Below, in pieces: positions 23,496 to 37,633 of a stretch of DNA of 64,000 bases. The DNA is from Squalus acanthias (Eukaryota): positions 143,160,001 to 143,224,000 of the forward strand of contig CM059432.1 in assembly GCA_030390025.1 (NCBI GenBank), given 5' to 3'. A program made the translations under genes and the position numbers. Each line of letters starts with the position of its first letter. Within the stretch, counting starts at the first letter, position 1. The notes below the pieces were generated by a model. The model saw only the letters and a program-made list of their open reading frames with translations. It was not told the DNA's origin and made no database searches.

Positions 23496-24544
23496 AATTC
23501 TTTCTATCTTTCTTTGTTCTCGATTTCCCTCATCAGAGGACATAGTTTCTCTTCTGGTCAATACATCCTTTCAGAGTGCTGTGCCCAAAACTGAACGCAA
23601 TACTCGAGATAGAGTGACCAAGGCTTCTTGTAACGCTACCATGTTTCACAAATGCTCCCTTGTAAGTACATACGAAGATCAGGCTCAGATTCATTTATTC
23701 CTTACTTATCCAAAAGATTTTACTGCTCAGATTTAATCAGATGTTTGGCAGATGTGGAGCTTGATGAAGAGGTGTCACAGTTTGTGATGGATTCTTTAAG
23801 CTAAACGCAAAATGGCAATCAACAATTATCTATCTCACTGCCACCAAGAATAGACAGTAATGTAGGCAATATCAGAGAGCCTAACGCATAGCTGTGGGCA
23901 ACATCCAGATGTTGGGCTTTATTTTGTTCGACTGAGCTTTGTCATTATTGGGTTCTTCTGCCACTGGGCAGCTCAATGCATGGGTCGTGTCACCGCAACG
24001 CACGTCTCTTGAGCAGCCTGTTGCTGTCATTAGTGAGTATCATAAGACATCACGTTTGGTATCACTTTGTTCCATTTTATTATCTAATTGAAGGAGTTAA
24101 CAGCCAGCTCTCGTCCTGTGATTAATTGCACTTAACAGCAGCATTACATCAGGATACAGAATAGAGAAACACTCTGCCCAAAATGGCTGAACTGGCGGAT
24201 TTTGAGACATCAAATAAATTAGAGTTCACAGTGTGAAACAAAATGTACCAGCCATACGTTACCTTTATTCTTTGGCTTGATCCATTGCTTCAGATTTTTT
24301 AAGCAGTTGCTCTGTGATATAAAGTTAAAGAGGAATTGGGCTCTTAGTGGCAGCACATCATTTGTAGATAACTATCAGTGAAGACTACAACACTCACTTT
24401 TTGTACAAGTGGCACATCCCAGCTGAACATCAGCAGCAAGTAGCTGTTTTCTTGGGTCAACACCTAAGTTGTCAACTGTGGATCAGTGGTTAGCTGTCCC
24501 GCTCCTGAGTTCAAGTCCTCACTCCAGAGACTTATGTCGAGTGT

Positions 24545-25200
24545 ACAGCACAAAAACAGGCCATTCGGCCCAACTGGTCCATGCTGGTGTTTATGCTCCA
24601 CACGAGCCTCCTCTCACCCCTCATCATCAAACCCCTGTTTTCTGTTTTGTAACCAGCTGGCTATACATTCTGCTACCTGCCCCCTGACTCCACATGCTCT
24701 GGCCTTAGTCATGAGTCTTCTATGCGGTACCTTAGCAAAGGCCTTTTGAAAATCCAAATACATTACATCTATTGCATTACCCTTGTCTATTCTTTCTGTT
24801 ACTTCTTCAAAGAATTCAACAAGGTTAGTCAAGCATGACCTTCCCTTTTGAAATCCGTGCTGACTACTCTATTATATTCTCAGTTTCTAGATGGTTTTCT
24901 ATTACATCTTTGAGTAAAGATTCTGTTATCTTTCCTACCACCAGCATTAAGCTAATTGAGCTATAGTTCCCTAGACTAAATGTAGGAATAGCATTAGCTG
25001 CCCGCCAGTCCTCTGGCACTATTCCCTTTTCTAATGAATTGTTCTAGTGCCTCTGCTATCTCTTCCCTAACTTCTTTAATATGCGTGGATGCAATCCATC
25101 CAGACCAGGGGTTTTATCCGCTCTAAGTTTGATTAGTATATCAATTATTTCCCCTCTTTCTATCTTAAATGTCTTTATATCTTTTTTGATCTACTTTTAG
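24545..25200 (-). mobile_element. CR1 RT fragment with internal deletion
   Basis: TNLVEFFEEVT..DVMYLDFQKAF.KVPH. Confidence 0.85.
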
Positions 25201-26537
25201 CGCAAAAAAAGGCAGTTCAAAAATGACGCCTCAAACACATTTAATCTAGAAAACATTAAGCTCACATTTTTCACCAGTGGCAACACAATTCAGAACATCA
25301 TCAAATAACCCTGTGCGGCATGTATTTTGAGTGAGGGTGTCTTGTTGAATGCACACAGCTGAGCTTATTGCAGAGTCTCAATGAATGGGGCACCCCTCTC
25401 TCACTGTAATGGACTATCTGGCTGTATTCCAAGTAGCTCAGTGCAGAGAGAGCCCACTGTATAAATGAAGTGCTTTACACACGACAAAACCTGTTCAACA
25501 GCATGACTGTCTGACACTGAAATGTTTTACGTTGAATAGCTGTCCTATCCTCCCATTTTAACCAACAACATTAGATCCTGACTCCTGCAGCACACAATCA
25601 CAACCAACTTCTTCACTTTGAAGATATGAACTAGTCATTCCTCCATGGTTGGTGCTGCTCTGTGATCAGCCAGTGGCGGGCGGACCGAGTGGTGAGTCTA
25701 TCTCCACTCGCTCCTCCGGCCTGAAGGAAGCTGTCTACTCTCGCAAGTTCTTTCTTCAGAAGTGGCAAAGGGAACAAAGCAGTTTATATTTTAACGGGGC
25801 CGAGTTCGCTACGCTCTTCTTCGGCCCTCCCGCTGGAACACTGGTGGTAGGAGGGCCCGGAAATAGGCCAGAACCAGGATATGCCAGGCCCCAAGCCTGA
25901 GCTGGGAGTTCCCACTCAGCCTTGTAAGGGGCCCAGCCTTTGCCCACCCTTACCAGACCAGTGGTGCAATGTGGCGGGACCCCCTACATGTGGATGTTCC
26001 CGCTTCCCCAACCTCAGTGCGACCCAGAGTACGGCTGGGGGTCAATATCTCCAGTGAGATGAAATCTACCGCCCTCCAAACGGGTGCAAGTGACCTTATT
26101 GGGGAGGGTGGAGCCCTGAAAGAAAAGTTTATTTAAAAGAAAATCTTTTAATATCCGGCCCCTTAGAGACGGGGCCAAAGGTTGCACGAAAAACTATGGT
26201 AGGGGACCGTATAAATTCAGGACCCACTCCTTCATCCAGAGGGTGGTGAATGTGTGGAATGGACTGCCAAGGGAGGCAGTTGTGATTCAGCGTGTTGGCT
26301 CATTCAAGGGAGAGTTGGATGAACCACCTGGAAACAGATTTGTCAGACTGCAACATCGGAACAGTCAGCCTCTCAAGCCTGTCCAATTCAATTAGTTCAT
26401 GGCTGATCTGTGTCAACTGGTATCATTCCTAGACATTGAGACCAGCTTAATGGACCGCAGTGATCTTGTCCCACCTTGTGTTCCTAACAGCAGAAGACCG
26501 ACATAAAAACGTATTTATTTTCTTCAGAAAACAGACG

Positions 26538-26972
26538 AGTATTAGAATGCTCTTATGTGGTAGATATTCGTGTTCTGAGCTTGTTAGCCTGAGGTACAAA
26601 CTGAAAACATCACATGTTCTCTTAGCAGATGTCCTCTAGCTCACATACCAGCCTGAGCACCAGGAGGAGGTGGAGGAGATCAGTATTAGAATGTCCTTAT
26701 GTGGTAGATATTCGTGTTCTGAGCTTGTTAGCCTGAGGTACAAACTGAAAACATCACATGTTCTCTTAGCAGATGTCCTCTAGCTCACATACCAGCCTGA
26801 GCACCAGGAGGAGGTGGAGGAGATCAGTATTAGAATGCCCTTATGAGGTAGATATTCGTGTTCTGAGCTTGTTAGCCTGCGGTACAGCTTCCAGCAAACA
26901 TCACATAGTTCTCTTAGCAGATGCCCCTTAGCTCACATACCAGCCTGAGCACTAGAAGGAGGTAGAGGAGGA
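26538..26972. repeat. Tandem repeat, 3 x 144 bp
   Basis: Units begin agtattagaatg at 26538, 26682 and 26826. Units 1 and 2 are almost identical; unit 3 is diverged. Confidence 0.95.
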
Positions 26973-27259
26973 AATATGAACAGGCACAACAGTTATAGAT
27001 TAATAGAATCTTACAGCACAGAAGGAGGCCATTCGGCCCATCGTGCCTGCACTGGCTCTTTGAAAGCGCTGTCCAATTTAGTCCCACACCCCAACTTTTT
27101 CCCCATAACCCTGCAAATTAGTCCTCTTCAAGTACATATCCAATTGCCTTTTGAAAGTTCCAAGGCCGTGACTATCCTTCCTAAAGTGTGGTGAAGGATG
27201 AGGTCTTCATAGATTGACTATGAGTGTCCTGGCTATAAGGTGAGCGTTTAAAAAAACCA

Positions 27260-27400
27260 AAATCATCCTCGGGATATGGGCTTCGCTGGCAAGGCCGGCA
27301 TTTATTGCCCATCCCTAGTTGCCCTGGTGTGGGACTGGAGTCACATATAGGCCAGACCGGGTAAGGATGGCAGGTTTCCTTCCCTGAAGGACATCAGCAT
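27260..27400 (-). mobile_element. SINE fragment with RTE-X-like tail
   Basis: catttattgcccatccctagttg; same family as 52255-52560. Confidence 0.7.
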
Positions 27401-27502
27401 GAGGTGAGATGGACAACACAGACAGCCCATGAGCTTCTGATCTCAATTCCTTCTTCTCACAAACCCACAGGGTGCTTCAAGCAGGAACATACAGTGCTTC
27501 AA

Positions 27503-27665
27503 AAAGAAACAGGAAATGCTGGAAATGCAGAGCAGGTCCATTGACATCTGTAAAGCTTTTGATGAAGGGTCAGCACTGAATTCTGCCAATGGATTCAGAC
27601 CTGAAATATTATTTTCCTTCTACAGATGCCAACTGACCTGCTGTGCATTTCTTGGTTTTTTTCAA
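27503..27665. mobile_element. Old inverted pair of Penelope P2 tails with a degenerate hammerhead core
   Basis: aaatgctggaaat..agcaggtc..catctgt, then ttgatgaagggtc...gacctgaaa, then tacagatgcc..gacctgctg. Confidence 0.55.
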
Positions 27666-28482
27666 TTTCTGATTGAAGTTTTAACCCCTTTTTTTAACCT
27701 GTTTATAAATCCGTCCCTTTCCGTTCGTCCCCGGGGCAGGTCCTAACTCCAGTCTCACACGCGAGATTCTTCACCACTCACTAGGAAAGAGTAGCTGAGG
27801 TGGTATCCCATTGCCTTCCTCACGGTTTTTATCTTCAGAGGACCTTCTCCCAGGTGGGCTGCACCCAAGGCTAAAGAGCCCCACCTGCCCTTTACAATGT
27901 GAAGGCCACCCACACCCATCAGACCCAAAGTACTCCAGTGGATGTCCACCCAGCAGTCAGAGCCAACGCTCCGATCTCCGTTCACTGGGGCTATCGGGAG
28001 TGGGGCTCGCACCCAACCCTTCTGAATCAGAGGCGGGAACACTACCCCTGAGTCTGTGGTCACTCTGTCATGTTTACAAGTACCTAATGCTTTCTCGGGG
28101 AGTGCTGCTGCAAATCTTCCTGCCTTAAGCAAACAGGGTATGCCACTTGTGACAGAACGAATGAGTCATGTGAAGATTCTCAGGAATTGGCAAACACACC
28201 GACAATGATATCTCAAACAGCACAGACCATGTGCTTATTCAAAGAACACAGATCTTCTCTGTTCATGAAACTCGGTGCATCCTGCTGATTGCACCTGCTC
28301 TCACATATGTGTGGGCTTTATGCCCCCATGCACACTGGGAAATCCAGACAGCCAATGGAGTTCCAGTTAGGATTTCTCTCGCTGCTAAGAGTTTTTTGGT
28401 GAATAGATGGCATGGAAATCTGCCAAGGTGAGTACTGCAGTTATAATTAGCTCAATATAATCAGACCGTGCCAACTAACCAA

Positions 28483-29065
28483 TCATAGAATCGTAGGAAC
28501 GGGAGGAGGCCATTCAGCCCCTCGAGCCTGTTCCGCCAAATTAGATCATGGCTGATCTGTATCTTAACTCCATTTACCCACCTTGGTTCCGTAACCCTTA
28601 ACACCCTTACCCAACAAAAATCTGTCAATCTCAGTTTTGAAATTGTCTGTTGGCCCCCAGCCTCAACAGCTTTTTGGGGTTTTTGAACAGCTCTTTGAAA
28701 AAGCTCTCCAATTAGTCCCACTTCCCTGCTCTTTCCCCATAGCCCTGCAATTTCTTCCTTTTCAAGTATTTCTCCAATTCCCTTTTGAAAGTTACTATTG
28801 AATCTGCTTCCACCGCCCTTTCAGGCAGTGCATTCCAGATCACAACAACTCGCTGTGTAAAAAAAAAAAATCTCCTCATCTCCCCTCTGGTTCTTTTGCC
28901 AATTATCTTAAATCTGTGTCCTCTAGTTACCGACCTTCCCGTCAGTGGAAACAGTTTCTCCTTATTTACTCCATCAAAACCCTTCATAATTTTGAACACC
29001 TCTATTAAATCTCCCCTTAACCTTCTCTGTTCTAAAGGGAGCAATCCCAGCTTCTCCAGTCTCCG
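28483..29065 (-). mobile_element. Two adjacent CR1 3' ends
   Basis: RLEKLGL..LEQRRLRGDLIEVFKIMKG..FFTQRVV. Confidence 0.9.
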
Positions 29066-29399
29066 CACTGTACTGAATCACACATGGGCAAAATTAAAGG
29101 AGGTGCATTATTAGTTTTAGCGGGTTAACAATGAATGTTTATACCTGTATTGAGCATGAGCAATCCTGGCTTTAGAAAATGATGCACTCTCTGCCATCAG
29201 ATAGATTTGCTGAGTGCTCATTAAACAGGCATGAAATTAATTTTGTGCATGTGGGTAAATGCAAATTTATCTAATTGGAACAATGAAAATTTCACTCATT
29301 GGGAATTGTTTTAACAGACAACTGATAATGATTTTTGTTATTTGTACAGAAGTGCCATTTAGCAGGAGCTGTCTGTTTCACTGGCTTATCCCTGAGTTT

Positions 29400-30171
29400 T
29401 GTCACATGTTCTGTGCCATTTTTCTACTGAGTTTAACAGCGCTCACCGTTATTGACATGGAAATCGAACAGCAACTTCTGCTGACTGTACATGCGCAGTT
29501 AAACACAGAAATCCGGAAGTTGCTGTCCGAGATGCCCTGCTCCTCCAGAAGCTGCGAGCTAATGGTATCTCGCCAGAAGACTCGGCATTGAAACACATGG
29601 AACGGTGTGAAGTTGCTGTACTTACCCACTAGATACGGACTAAACTAGCCAGAAAAAGTTAGGGCAGGTCCATTCCAGTGTAAGTACACTTTTAACCATG
29701 TGATAAGTCTTAAATGCTGCCAAAAAAACCTCTCTGGCACTGAAAATTACCTTTTACAAGTGTGGAGTCTCATTCCTTCAGATTTTAATTATTGTTGGCG
29801 ATTTAAAAAAAATAAAAAGTTTAAATAAAAATTATTTTTATTTAGTTTTTCTTTCTGTCTCTTTTCTCTCTCTCTCTCTCTTAATCCCATTTTTCTTTCC
29901 TTCTCTTTATTTCACTTTCTCTACCTGATCTGACATTGAATTCACTATTCTAACTGACACTTCCTTGTTCAGCCTCTGCGCTGCTCATTAACGATTCTTC
30001 AATCGGTTTGGTTAAGGAGACACAGGTCACAGATGCCCTGTAGAGGGTGCTGCGCTTTTTGGATGGTTGGCTGACAGCAACTTCCAGTGCAAAAGCCCAT
30101 AGAAACTCTATGGGCAAGTGTGACAAAAAAGCTGGCACCGTTCGTTTGCTGCTGACCACACAATCCGGCCC
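29400..30171. mobile_element. MITE (family B), inverted relative to 6360-6918
   Basis: ctctggcactgaaaatt..ttttacaagtgtggagtctcattccttcaga is the reverse complement of about 6537-6590. Terminus aatccggccc. Confidence 0.75.
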
Positions 30172-30929
30172 ATTGGTTTATAAAACATGTTTACAGTTGG
30201 GCTGATCTTCACTTGCCAGATGTGCCAGTTCTAATTGATGAATCCATCCTGAAAGGTTAAATCTTAATAGCACTCAATTCTGCAGTGAAAGCTCTTTTAC
30301 ATAATTATTGACAGCACCAGGTGCAAACTCAGACAGATCTGGAGAGGGCAGCAGGGGGGGGGGGGGGGGGGGGGGGGGGGGCGGGGGAGGAAAGTAGTGA
30401 GTAAGTGAAATTTTAAAAAATGGGGTCAAATAAATGGGAGTGTCATAATAGGGTGACTGTAAGGGGAATTTTAACTCTCTCCGATTGGGAAAGGAGCAGG
30501 GGAGCAGTGAAAATGGAACGGCTTTCTTTTCCTGCTCTGTCCCATCAACCTGCGATTTTACCATTGCTGGTTTTGGTGCTGACTGGGACTCCTGCTGGAC
30601 TCTGGTGGGAGCCTGATTAATAAATGCCATACATGGGACCCCAATGGCATTTTAATCCGTTGCTGAAGAATCTGTCTTGTTCCATGTGGAAGGAGGTGGC
30701 AGTGGCACTAAGTGCCAACTTTTTCAGCCTCAGAACTGCATAAAGTTCAATGACCTGACCAGAGCAGGCAAGGTAACACACTCCTCCTTTTTCTTCTTTG
30801 GGCACCAGCACACTTTTTTCACTCACAAGAATTAAAGAGATTCACAACTATCTCCTCACAATACACTCTTACATCAGCTGTCCAATGCCACCTAGGAGAC
30901 AGGGCTCAATTGATAGCCTTCACCCCATC

Positions 30930-31118
30930 TATTGTGCATACCCCACTTCCTTCGCCCCACCATTGGTGGCTGTGCCTTCAGCTGTCTAGGCCTGAAAACT
31001 CCCTAATCCTCTTTGTCTCTGCATGTCTTTCCACCTCTCTCAACTCCTTTAAGACGCTCCTTAAAACCTACCTCTTTGACCAAGCTTTTGGAGCTATATA
31101 AATGCAAGTTGTTGTTGT
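30930..31118 (+). mobile_element. L2 LINE 3' end
   Basis: ccattggtggctgtgccttcagc..cttaaaacctacctctttgaccaagc..gctatataaatgcaagttgttgttg. Confidence 0.8.
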
Positions 31119-31507
31119 AACAAACTTGCAGTTGCAGGCTCCCTTTAAGCCTCTCCAGCAAAGCCAGGCAATGTCAGTTCTTCCAGGGGCTTGGAGCTAA
31201 CATGGTGCATGACTGCTTCCTGAAGTTTCCTGTGAAGACATCAGTTTTACTGTCACTCCAGTAATGACATTAAGTCAACATGATAGGTAAGGGGAAGAGT
31301 TATGTCTTCATCATTCCTATGGGACATTCATGGGGCACAGTGCCTTCACTTACCTTGACTACCCTTGGGAGGTCATTAAACCTCCTCCTGCAAAGGTGGT
31401 GGTAGAGGTTGCACTCAATGCCTTCGTCACCTCCCTCCATAACATTTGGACCACCCACTTATGGTGCTTCCTGCCCTCAATCCCCAGGAGACCTTCTCTT
31501 CTGGGCA

Positions 31508-31890
31508 TCAGCTGTGGCTCAGTGGGTAGCACGCTTGCCTCTAAGTCAGAAGGTCGTGAGTTCAAGCCCCACTCCAGAGATTTGAGCACAAGATCTAGGC
31601 TGGCACACCCAGTGCAGGACTGAGGGAGCGCTGCACTGTCAGAAGTGCCATCTTTCGGATGAGACGTTAAACCATCTGCCCTCTTAGGTGGATGTAAAAG
31701 ATCCCATGACACTATTTCGAAGAAGAGCAGTGGAGTTCTCCCCAGTGTCCTGGCCAATATTTATCCATCAACCAATATTTACTAAAAAAAAACAGATTAT
31801 GCGATCATTGCTGTTTGTGGGAGCTTGCTGTGCACAAATTGGCTACTGCGTTTCCTATATTACAACTGTGACTACACTTCAAAAGTACGT
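31508..31890 (+). mobile_element. DeuSINE
   Basis: Head, Deu domain and partial tail. Confidence 0.88.
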
Positions 31891-32654
31891 TTACTGTTCA
31901 ATGTACAGTCCTTGACAAAGCATTTCAGGCTGTTTCTGTGACTGGCGAAAGGGTTAAACCATTTCTCCTGCTCACATATCCAGTTGATGTAAAGTAGCTA
32001 AGAAGTAATTTGTATTATTTGACAGTAATAATTAATGTAATACATCATAGTGAGCTCCCTTATACAACAACACATTGATCATGTAACACAGTAAACAAAA
32101 CCTCTCCTCTAGGCTTTTTTTTGCATACATCATTCTATCTGAAGCTAGAAAGGGGGTGGGGGGGGCGGGGAAGACTCACTTGCCGTGGTTTGGTGGCCCT
32201 GCTACAGGGCACTATGTAGATGATCCTTGGATTCAGTGACTAATGCCAGCTGAATGCAGCAAGAAAACCCAAAGCCTGGCAACAGTCCCCAGCACTGGGT
32301 GGATTCAGAGTGTCTGGATGCCGCTGTGTTTTTTGAAAAGAAAATCCCAACTGGCCACACCAAAAGATATTGAAAAATTTTGTAAAAGATCGAGGGCAGC
32401 GCTTTCATCGTGAGGAGCTGTGACCAGCTACCAAATGCAAAAAATATTTAACTTGCTCCAACCCAAACACACAGACTCAGATCATTGGTCGAATACTTTA
32501 TTGGTTCAGTGGTTACTGGCAACATAGGAACAGGAGGAGGCCCCTCGAGCCTGTTCCGCCATTCGATTAGATCATGGCTAATCTGCGCCTCAACTCCATC
32601 TACCTGCCTTTGCTCCATATTCTTCGATACCCTTACCCATGTGGTGTGATGCTG

Positions 32655-33155
32655 AGGGGTCGATTTTAACTCCAGCCCACCCTGAACGGAGTGGGCAGTT
32701 AAAATTGAGCGGGGGGTGGGTGTTGGAGGGGGAGTCTCACCCACTCCTTTCCTGCCCTGATCTGGCCCACATGCAATTTTAAATTGCAGGCGGCAAGGAC
32801 ACCTGCCCCAAGCTGGCATGGGGTCCTCTTTAAATATGCAGATCGGGCTCGATGACGTCATTGGGACCCAACTGGTAATTAAACCCAAGGCCTCTCGAGG
32901 AAACCTTAGAACTGCCCCCCCCCCACCCCCCCGCACCCCCGCTCCGAGATTCCCAAACCCACCGCCTTCCCCGACCATGATTCCCCTCCCCAAGCCCCCT
33001 GATGCTCTGACCTTGTGTTGGGGGCTGGGGACAGTTCCCCTGGGGGTTCCCAATGGCGGCTCCCCTGAGCCACCTGATTTTAACAGACAGACAGTCGCTT
33101 CCCGCTGACCTTCCTGGCCGTTTTTCGTGGGGAAGTTTGCAAACAAATGAGGCCC
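32655..33155. mobile_element. MITE-like fragment
   Basis: Starts ggggtcgattttaact...agttaaaattg (hairpin) and contains ttaaatatgcagat..gatgacgtc. Confidence 0.5.
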
Positions 33156-33467
33156 GTCTGTTCTAACATTACTGCTCACACCAGCACTGTCCTTGGCTGG
33201 TTTTATCTAAATACCCCATTGGGAGCACATATTGCGGAACCATAGACTTTTTCCCCCAATAGGTTTCCAACCATTGAGATGAATGGTCAGAAAATCTTGG
33301 GAAGCGTGACCGAAATTTCCCAGCTGGTTGAAGCTCTGTGCCAGGAACATGCTTTGGTAAAATGGATCCTGATCGCGGTACAAACACATTGACACTGACA
33401 TCTCATGGGCTTCCTGGCACTGGCCCTCCATAAGGCGGGTGAGAGCGCAGTGTGAGGCCTACGAATT

Positions 33468-33650
33468 CAACAACAACAACTTGCATTCATACAGCGCCTT
33501 TAACATTAGCAGTAAAACATCCCAAGGCGCTTCACAGGAGTGTAGAGCAGACAAAGAGGGAGACATTAGACAGGTCACCAAACGTTTGGTCAACGAGGTA
33601 GATTTTAAGGAGTGTCTGAAAGCAGCAGAGCGAGGCGGAGAGGTTTAGGC
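33468..33650 (-). mobile_element. L2 LINE 3' end
   Basis: (caa)n-cttgcatt tail. Confidence 0.75.
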
Positions 33651-34752
33651 CTCTGTGGCCCTTCCTCTAGTTGTACTCCTGCCTCCTCCAGACTCTCGTG
33701 GTCAAAGAGTTGGATTACACCTTTATAGTCGCTGTGGCTCTTTCCTAGTTGTCCCACTAGCCGGGGCTGTTGAATGCAACTTTTTCTTTTCCATATAGGT
33801 AATCATTTTAGACTTCTTGTCGAGTCCTTTGGTTAGCGAGAATCCATCCAATCACCTCATTATCTCCCCGCAAGACCAGTCCCCAGGTGTGCCCACTGGA
33901 AGAGTCCACTGAATTGCTGAAGGAGGGTTCTGCCCCTAGCCTAATGACGAGGGCCCTTCCAACTCAGAAAAACTGTTGCCTTCTGTGGTTTCTGCGCCAT
34001 TAAGTCGCAGTTTTCCAAATCAGCAGATTTTGTATTACCACCTGCCGTGCATTACGGGCATCAAGGGGCCCATCTCCTGCTTGTTAAACCGCGCTTATAT
34101 TGCTGGTGCTGTCATTGGGAGGCTCAGCTTCTCACCAGCTGGGAGTGACATTGCTACTGATTGGAAACTGTTGTGTTCAGATTGAATCAAAAGTGACAGA
34201 GCCTCAGGGGTAAAACGTCTCCATCATATATCCAACATACTGCTGGGAATAACTTCAAGGAAAATTAAATGTTTTAAAATAAAATATTCATTAAATCCAA
34301 ACTGATGTATTTTGTTTCATATTGTTACAGCAATTCACTGTCAAAAGAAAATATTATAATATGTTATTAATTACTTTATTATTCTGGGTTTGCCATAATA
34401 ACTGTTAATGTGTTTTGTTTATTCAAGAGGGCTGGGAATTAAACATTTAATAGACTGTTAACACGGCAATCATCCAGATTAATTCAGCAAAGCATGTATC
34501 ACAATAATATAAATTTTCTCAATCATTTGGAAAGATATGCCTGTCTGTGAGCTAATGGCAACCTGAGGATAGATTATCTGGGCCGATGATTGTGCTGTAT
34601 GAGATGGAATACTCTGTATATTCTTTCCCGCTTTCCTTTCTAACCGTACTGTGCCTTAGTTTAACAGGTTTGATTTGAGTCTTGCACTGTTGTCCACATA
34701 AATGTTGGGGTTAGTATCTGGAGTTTCTACTCCCAGATAAGAGAATCGGGTG

Positions 34753-35046
34753 CAACAACAACAACTTGCATTTATATAGCGCCTTTAACGTAGTAAAACG
34801 TCCCAAGGCACTTCACGGGAGTGTAATCAGACAAAATTTGACACCGAGCCACATTAGGAGATATTAGGACAGCTTGGTCAAAGAGGTAGGTATTAAGGAG
34901 GGTCTTAAAAGGAGGAGAGAGCGGTAGAAAGGTGAAGAGGTTCAGGGAGGGAAATTCCAGAGCTTAGAGCCCAGGCAGCTGAAGGCACGGCCGCCAATGG
35001 TGGAGCGATTACAATCTGGGATGGGCAAGAGGCCAGAGTTGGAGGA
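34753..35046 (-). mobile_element. L2 LINE 3' end
   Basis: caacaacaacaacttgcatttatatagcgcc; gctgaaggcacggccgccaatgg. Confidence 0.85.
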
Positions 35047-35864
35047 AATTGGGTGAAGAGTTCAGCACGCACAATTAACGGTTGTTGGAAAATTGGGGGA
35101 CACAACGCATCCGGGGCCCCGTCCAGCGACACTCTGCACCCCAAGCAGAATCTTGAAAAATGGATTCAATTATCCCATTTCATGAATCAAAACAAAAAAA
35201 GGGTTAAAGTCCACCTCTCCACGTGAAGAACGCATAACATGAAGGGGTTTATTTGTGCACTGACCTTTTATCGCACTCTTAGCAACATATCATTTACAGT
35301 CCAGTGAATTTCTCCAAGATGGGATTCATCATAATGCATAGATAACAGATGAACCAATCAGAAGATCTCTGCTGTAATGTTCTTGAACTATTTGCTAACG
35401 AACTAAAGAGGTTGTTAACCACAAAGAGACATATGTTTTCTGTTAATCCAGAACTACCTGCATAGAGCAGTGAGCTGCCCCATTCATCCCAACTTGCACT
35501 CCAAATCCACCTCAAATAATGACTCCACTATGTGAGGTTCCAAGAGGTTTCATCACACAATCTCCTGCCTCCAACCATTCTGCTCTCACACTCCAGCCAT
35601 TGGTCACCCAACATGTCCATCCTCGCGCCGTCCCACCTTCCCATGGCCAACTGGAAAGCGAACAGACTCTTTGTCAGCCAATTGGATGATTCTTGACTGT
35701 CAGTCAAACTGCCTTGTTTCCCACCTCCAATTTTTTAATATGCTCCTACAATTTTTTTCCCCAGGTTCTCACAGCAGTGACCTGGAGGTTAATCTTTCAT
35801 TCCTGGAGGCTCCAGGATAATCCAGGAGGATTGGCAACCCTAGTGGTGGTAGGAGCTGTGGAAA

Positions 35865-37180
35865 GGTATCCCTGAGGCAGATACCACATTGAGGAGGCCA
35901 TTTAGTGTCCTGGCACTGAAGATTGATGCTACCTTGTCTGCATATTGATCTCTTTAGGACTTTGGAGGTTCAGGCAGGAATTTTGCTGCTAGCTTCACTC
36001 AACTCACAGAAGGCACCTCTTCCCTACATGCTCATACCCACTCACCAGGGTCTGCAGACCAAGAAGGCCTTTAGCCTTTTCTAAACGTCAGTGCCTCAGA
36101 GTTTGTGGTTGTGTCTCGGAGGTTATTGGGGTAATATGCCAACTGCTGGCTGAAGATCTGTAGATCAGTTCCCTCAGGGGAACAGAAACATCCATACCAG
36201 TCAAGATCACCACTGCCCTTGAATTTCTTTGCCACTGGATCCTTCCAGGCAGCATCAGCTTACCTTTGCCACATTAGTTAGGCAGCTGTGCACAATTACA
36301 TCAAGAAGGTGACTGATGCTCTTTTCATGATGGCTGTGCAGTTCATACCCTTCCTAATAGAAGCTGACAAAGAGAAGAGAAAGAGCGATCTATCAAATTC
36401 TACAGGGGGGGCGGGGCATTATTTTCATTTTTGGTGATGTCAGATAACTGGCAGTAGCAGATCGGCCACCCATTGTACATGCTGCCCAATTCCCTTTTCC
36501 ATTGAAGTCAACGGTTGGCCAATCTGCGAGTGCCAGTTTTGCATTACTGCTGAAAGTGGAAATGACCTCCCCAGGGTTCACATAGGCGCAGGTGATAGAA
36601 CATGTGTGGCATTCAAAGACCCGTATGACAACCCCTCAATTTTATGAACAGGAAAGGCTTTTATTCTGTTAACATACAGCTAGTGTGTGATGCCAATCAT
36701 CTTATCCTGCGTGTGAATGCCAGGTACCCAGGAAGCTGCCATGATGCTTTAATCATGCGCCAATGCACCAAACCAGTCCAGAGAATCAGAGCCATGTATT
36801 CGGATGGTTGATTAGTGGTCAGGGCTATCCCCTGGCGGTCAGGATTCTCGAAAGGCTTCTGCAGTAGGAGGAGGACAACAGATACGAGGCCCGCGTCAGT
36901 ACAAAAAGTGTCACTATAGGAATTCCTAAGCTCTGCTTTGGGGGCCTGGTGGAACCCTGCAATACAGCCCAGCAAGAGTCTGCAGAATTACTGTAGCTTG
37001 CAGCGTTCTGCATAATATCATAACAAAGAAAGGCTTGCTGAATCCACAAGCAGGAGGTGATGATGATGATGAAGGGATTGGGAGGACTTTCCTCCTGACA
37101 GCATGGGGGTGAGGTGGGGTGGGGTGGGGGGGTGGTGCAGGAAGGAGGGGACCTGAGACAGAACAGGCAGCATCCAGCAT
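35865..37180 (+). pseudogene. Decayed Harbinger (HARBI1-type DDE) transposase, with a small MITE inserted at about 36395-36572
   Basis: Frameshifted translation VKITTAL/NFFATGSFQAASA (36200-36260), NRKGFYSVNIQLVCDANHLILRVNARYPGSCHDA (about 36646-36750) and GWLISGQGYPL (about 36803-36835). Confidence 0.85.
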
Positions 37181-37184
37181 CCTA

Positions 37185-37633
37185 GATTGATTGCTGGGAT
37201 GAGGGGATTGCCCTATGAGGAGAGATTGAGGAGACTAGGCCTATATTCCTTAGAGTTTAGAAGAATGAGGGGTGAGCTCATTGAAACATATAAAATTCTT
37301 AAAGGGCTCGACAGGGTAAATGCTGGGAGGATGTTTCCCCTGGCTGGGGAGTCTAGAACCAGGGGTCACAGTCTCAGAATAAGGGGTCAGCCATTTAGGA
37401 CTGAGATGAGGAGAAATTTCTTCACTCAAAGGGTTGAGAATCTTTGGAATTTTCTACCCCAGAGGGCTGTAGTATATTCGACATAGAGATCGCCAGATTT
37501 TTGGATACTAAGGAAATCAAGGGATATGGGGATAGTGCAGGAAGGTGGAGTTGAGGTAAAAGATCTTATTGAATGGTGGAGCAGGCTCAAAGGGCCGAAT
37601 GGCCGACTCCTGCTCCTATTTCTTATGTTCTTA
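37185..37633 (+). mobile_element. CR1 3' end
   Basis: GMRGLPYEERLRRLGLYSLEFRRMRGELIETYKIL. Confidence 0.92.

Noticed and set aside
26588..26612. ctgaggt...gaaaac in the 144-bp repeat as a ribozyme
   Set aside because: The core is not CUGANGA and there is no stem II pairing.
30353..30388. Poly-G run giving a poly-Pro ORF
   Set aside because: Simple homopolymer whose length may be a sequencing artefact.
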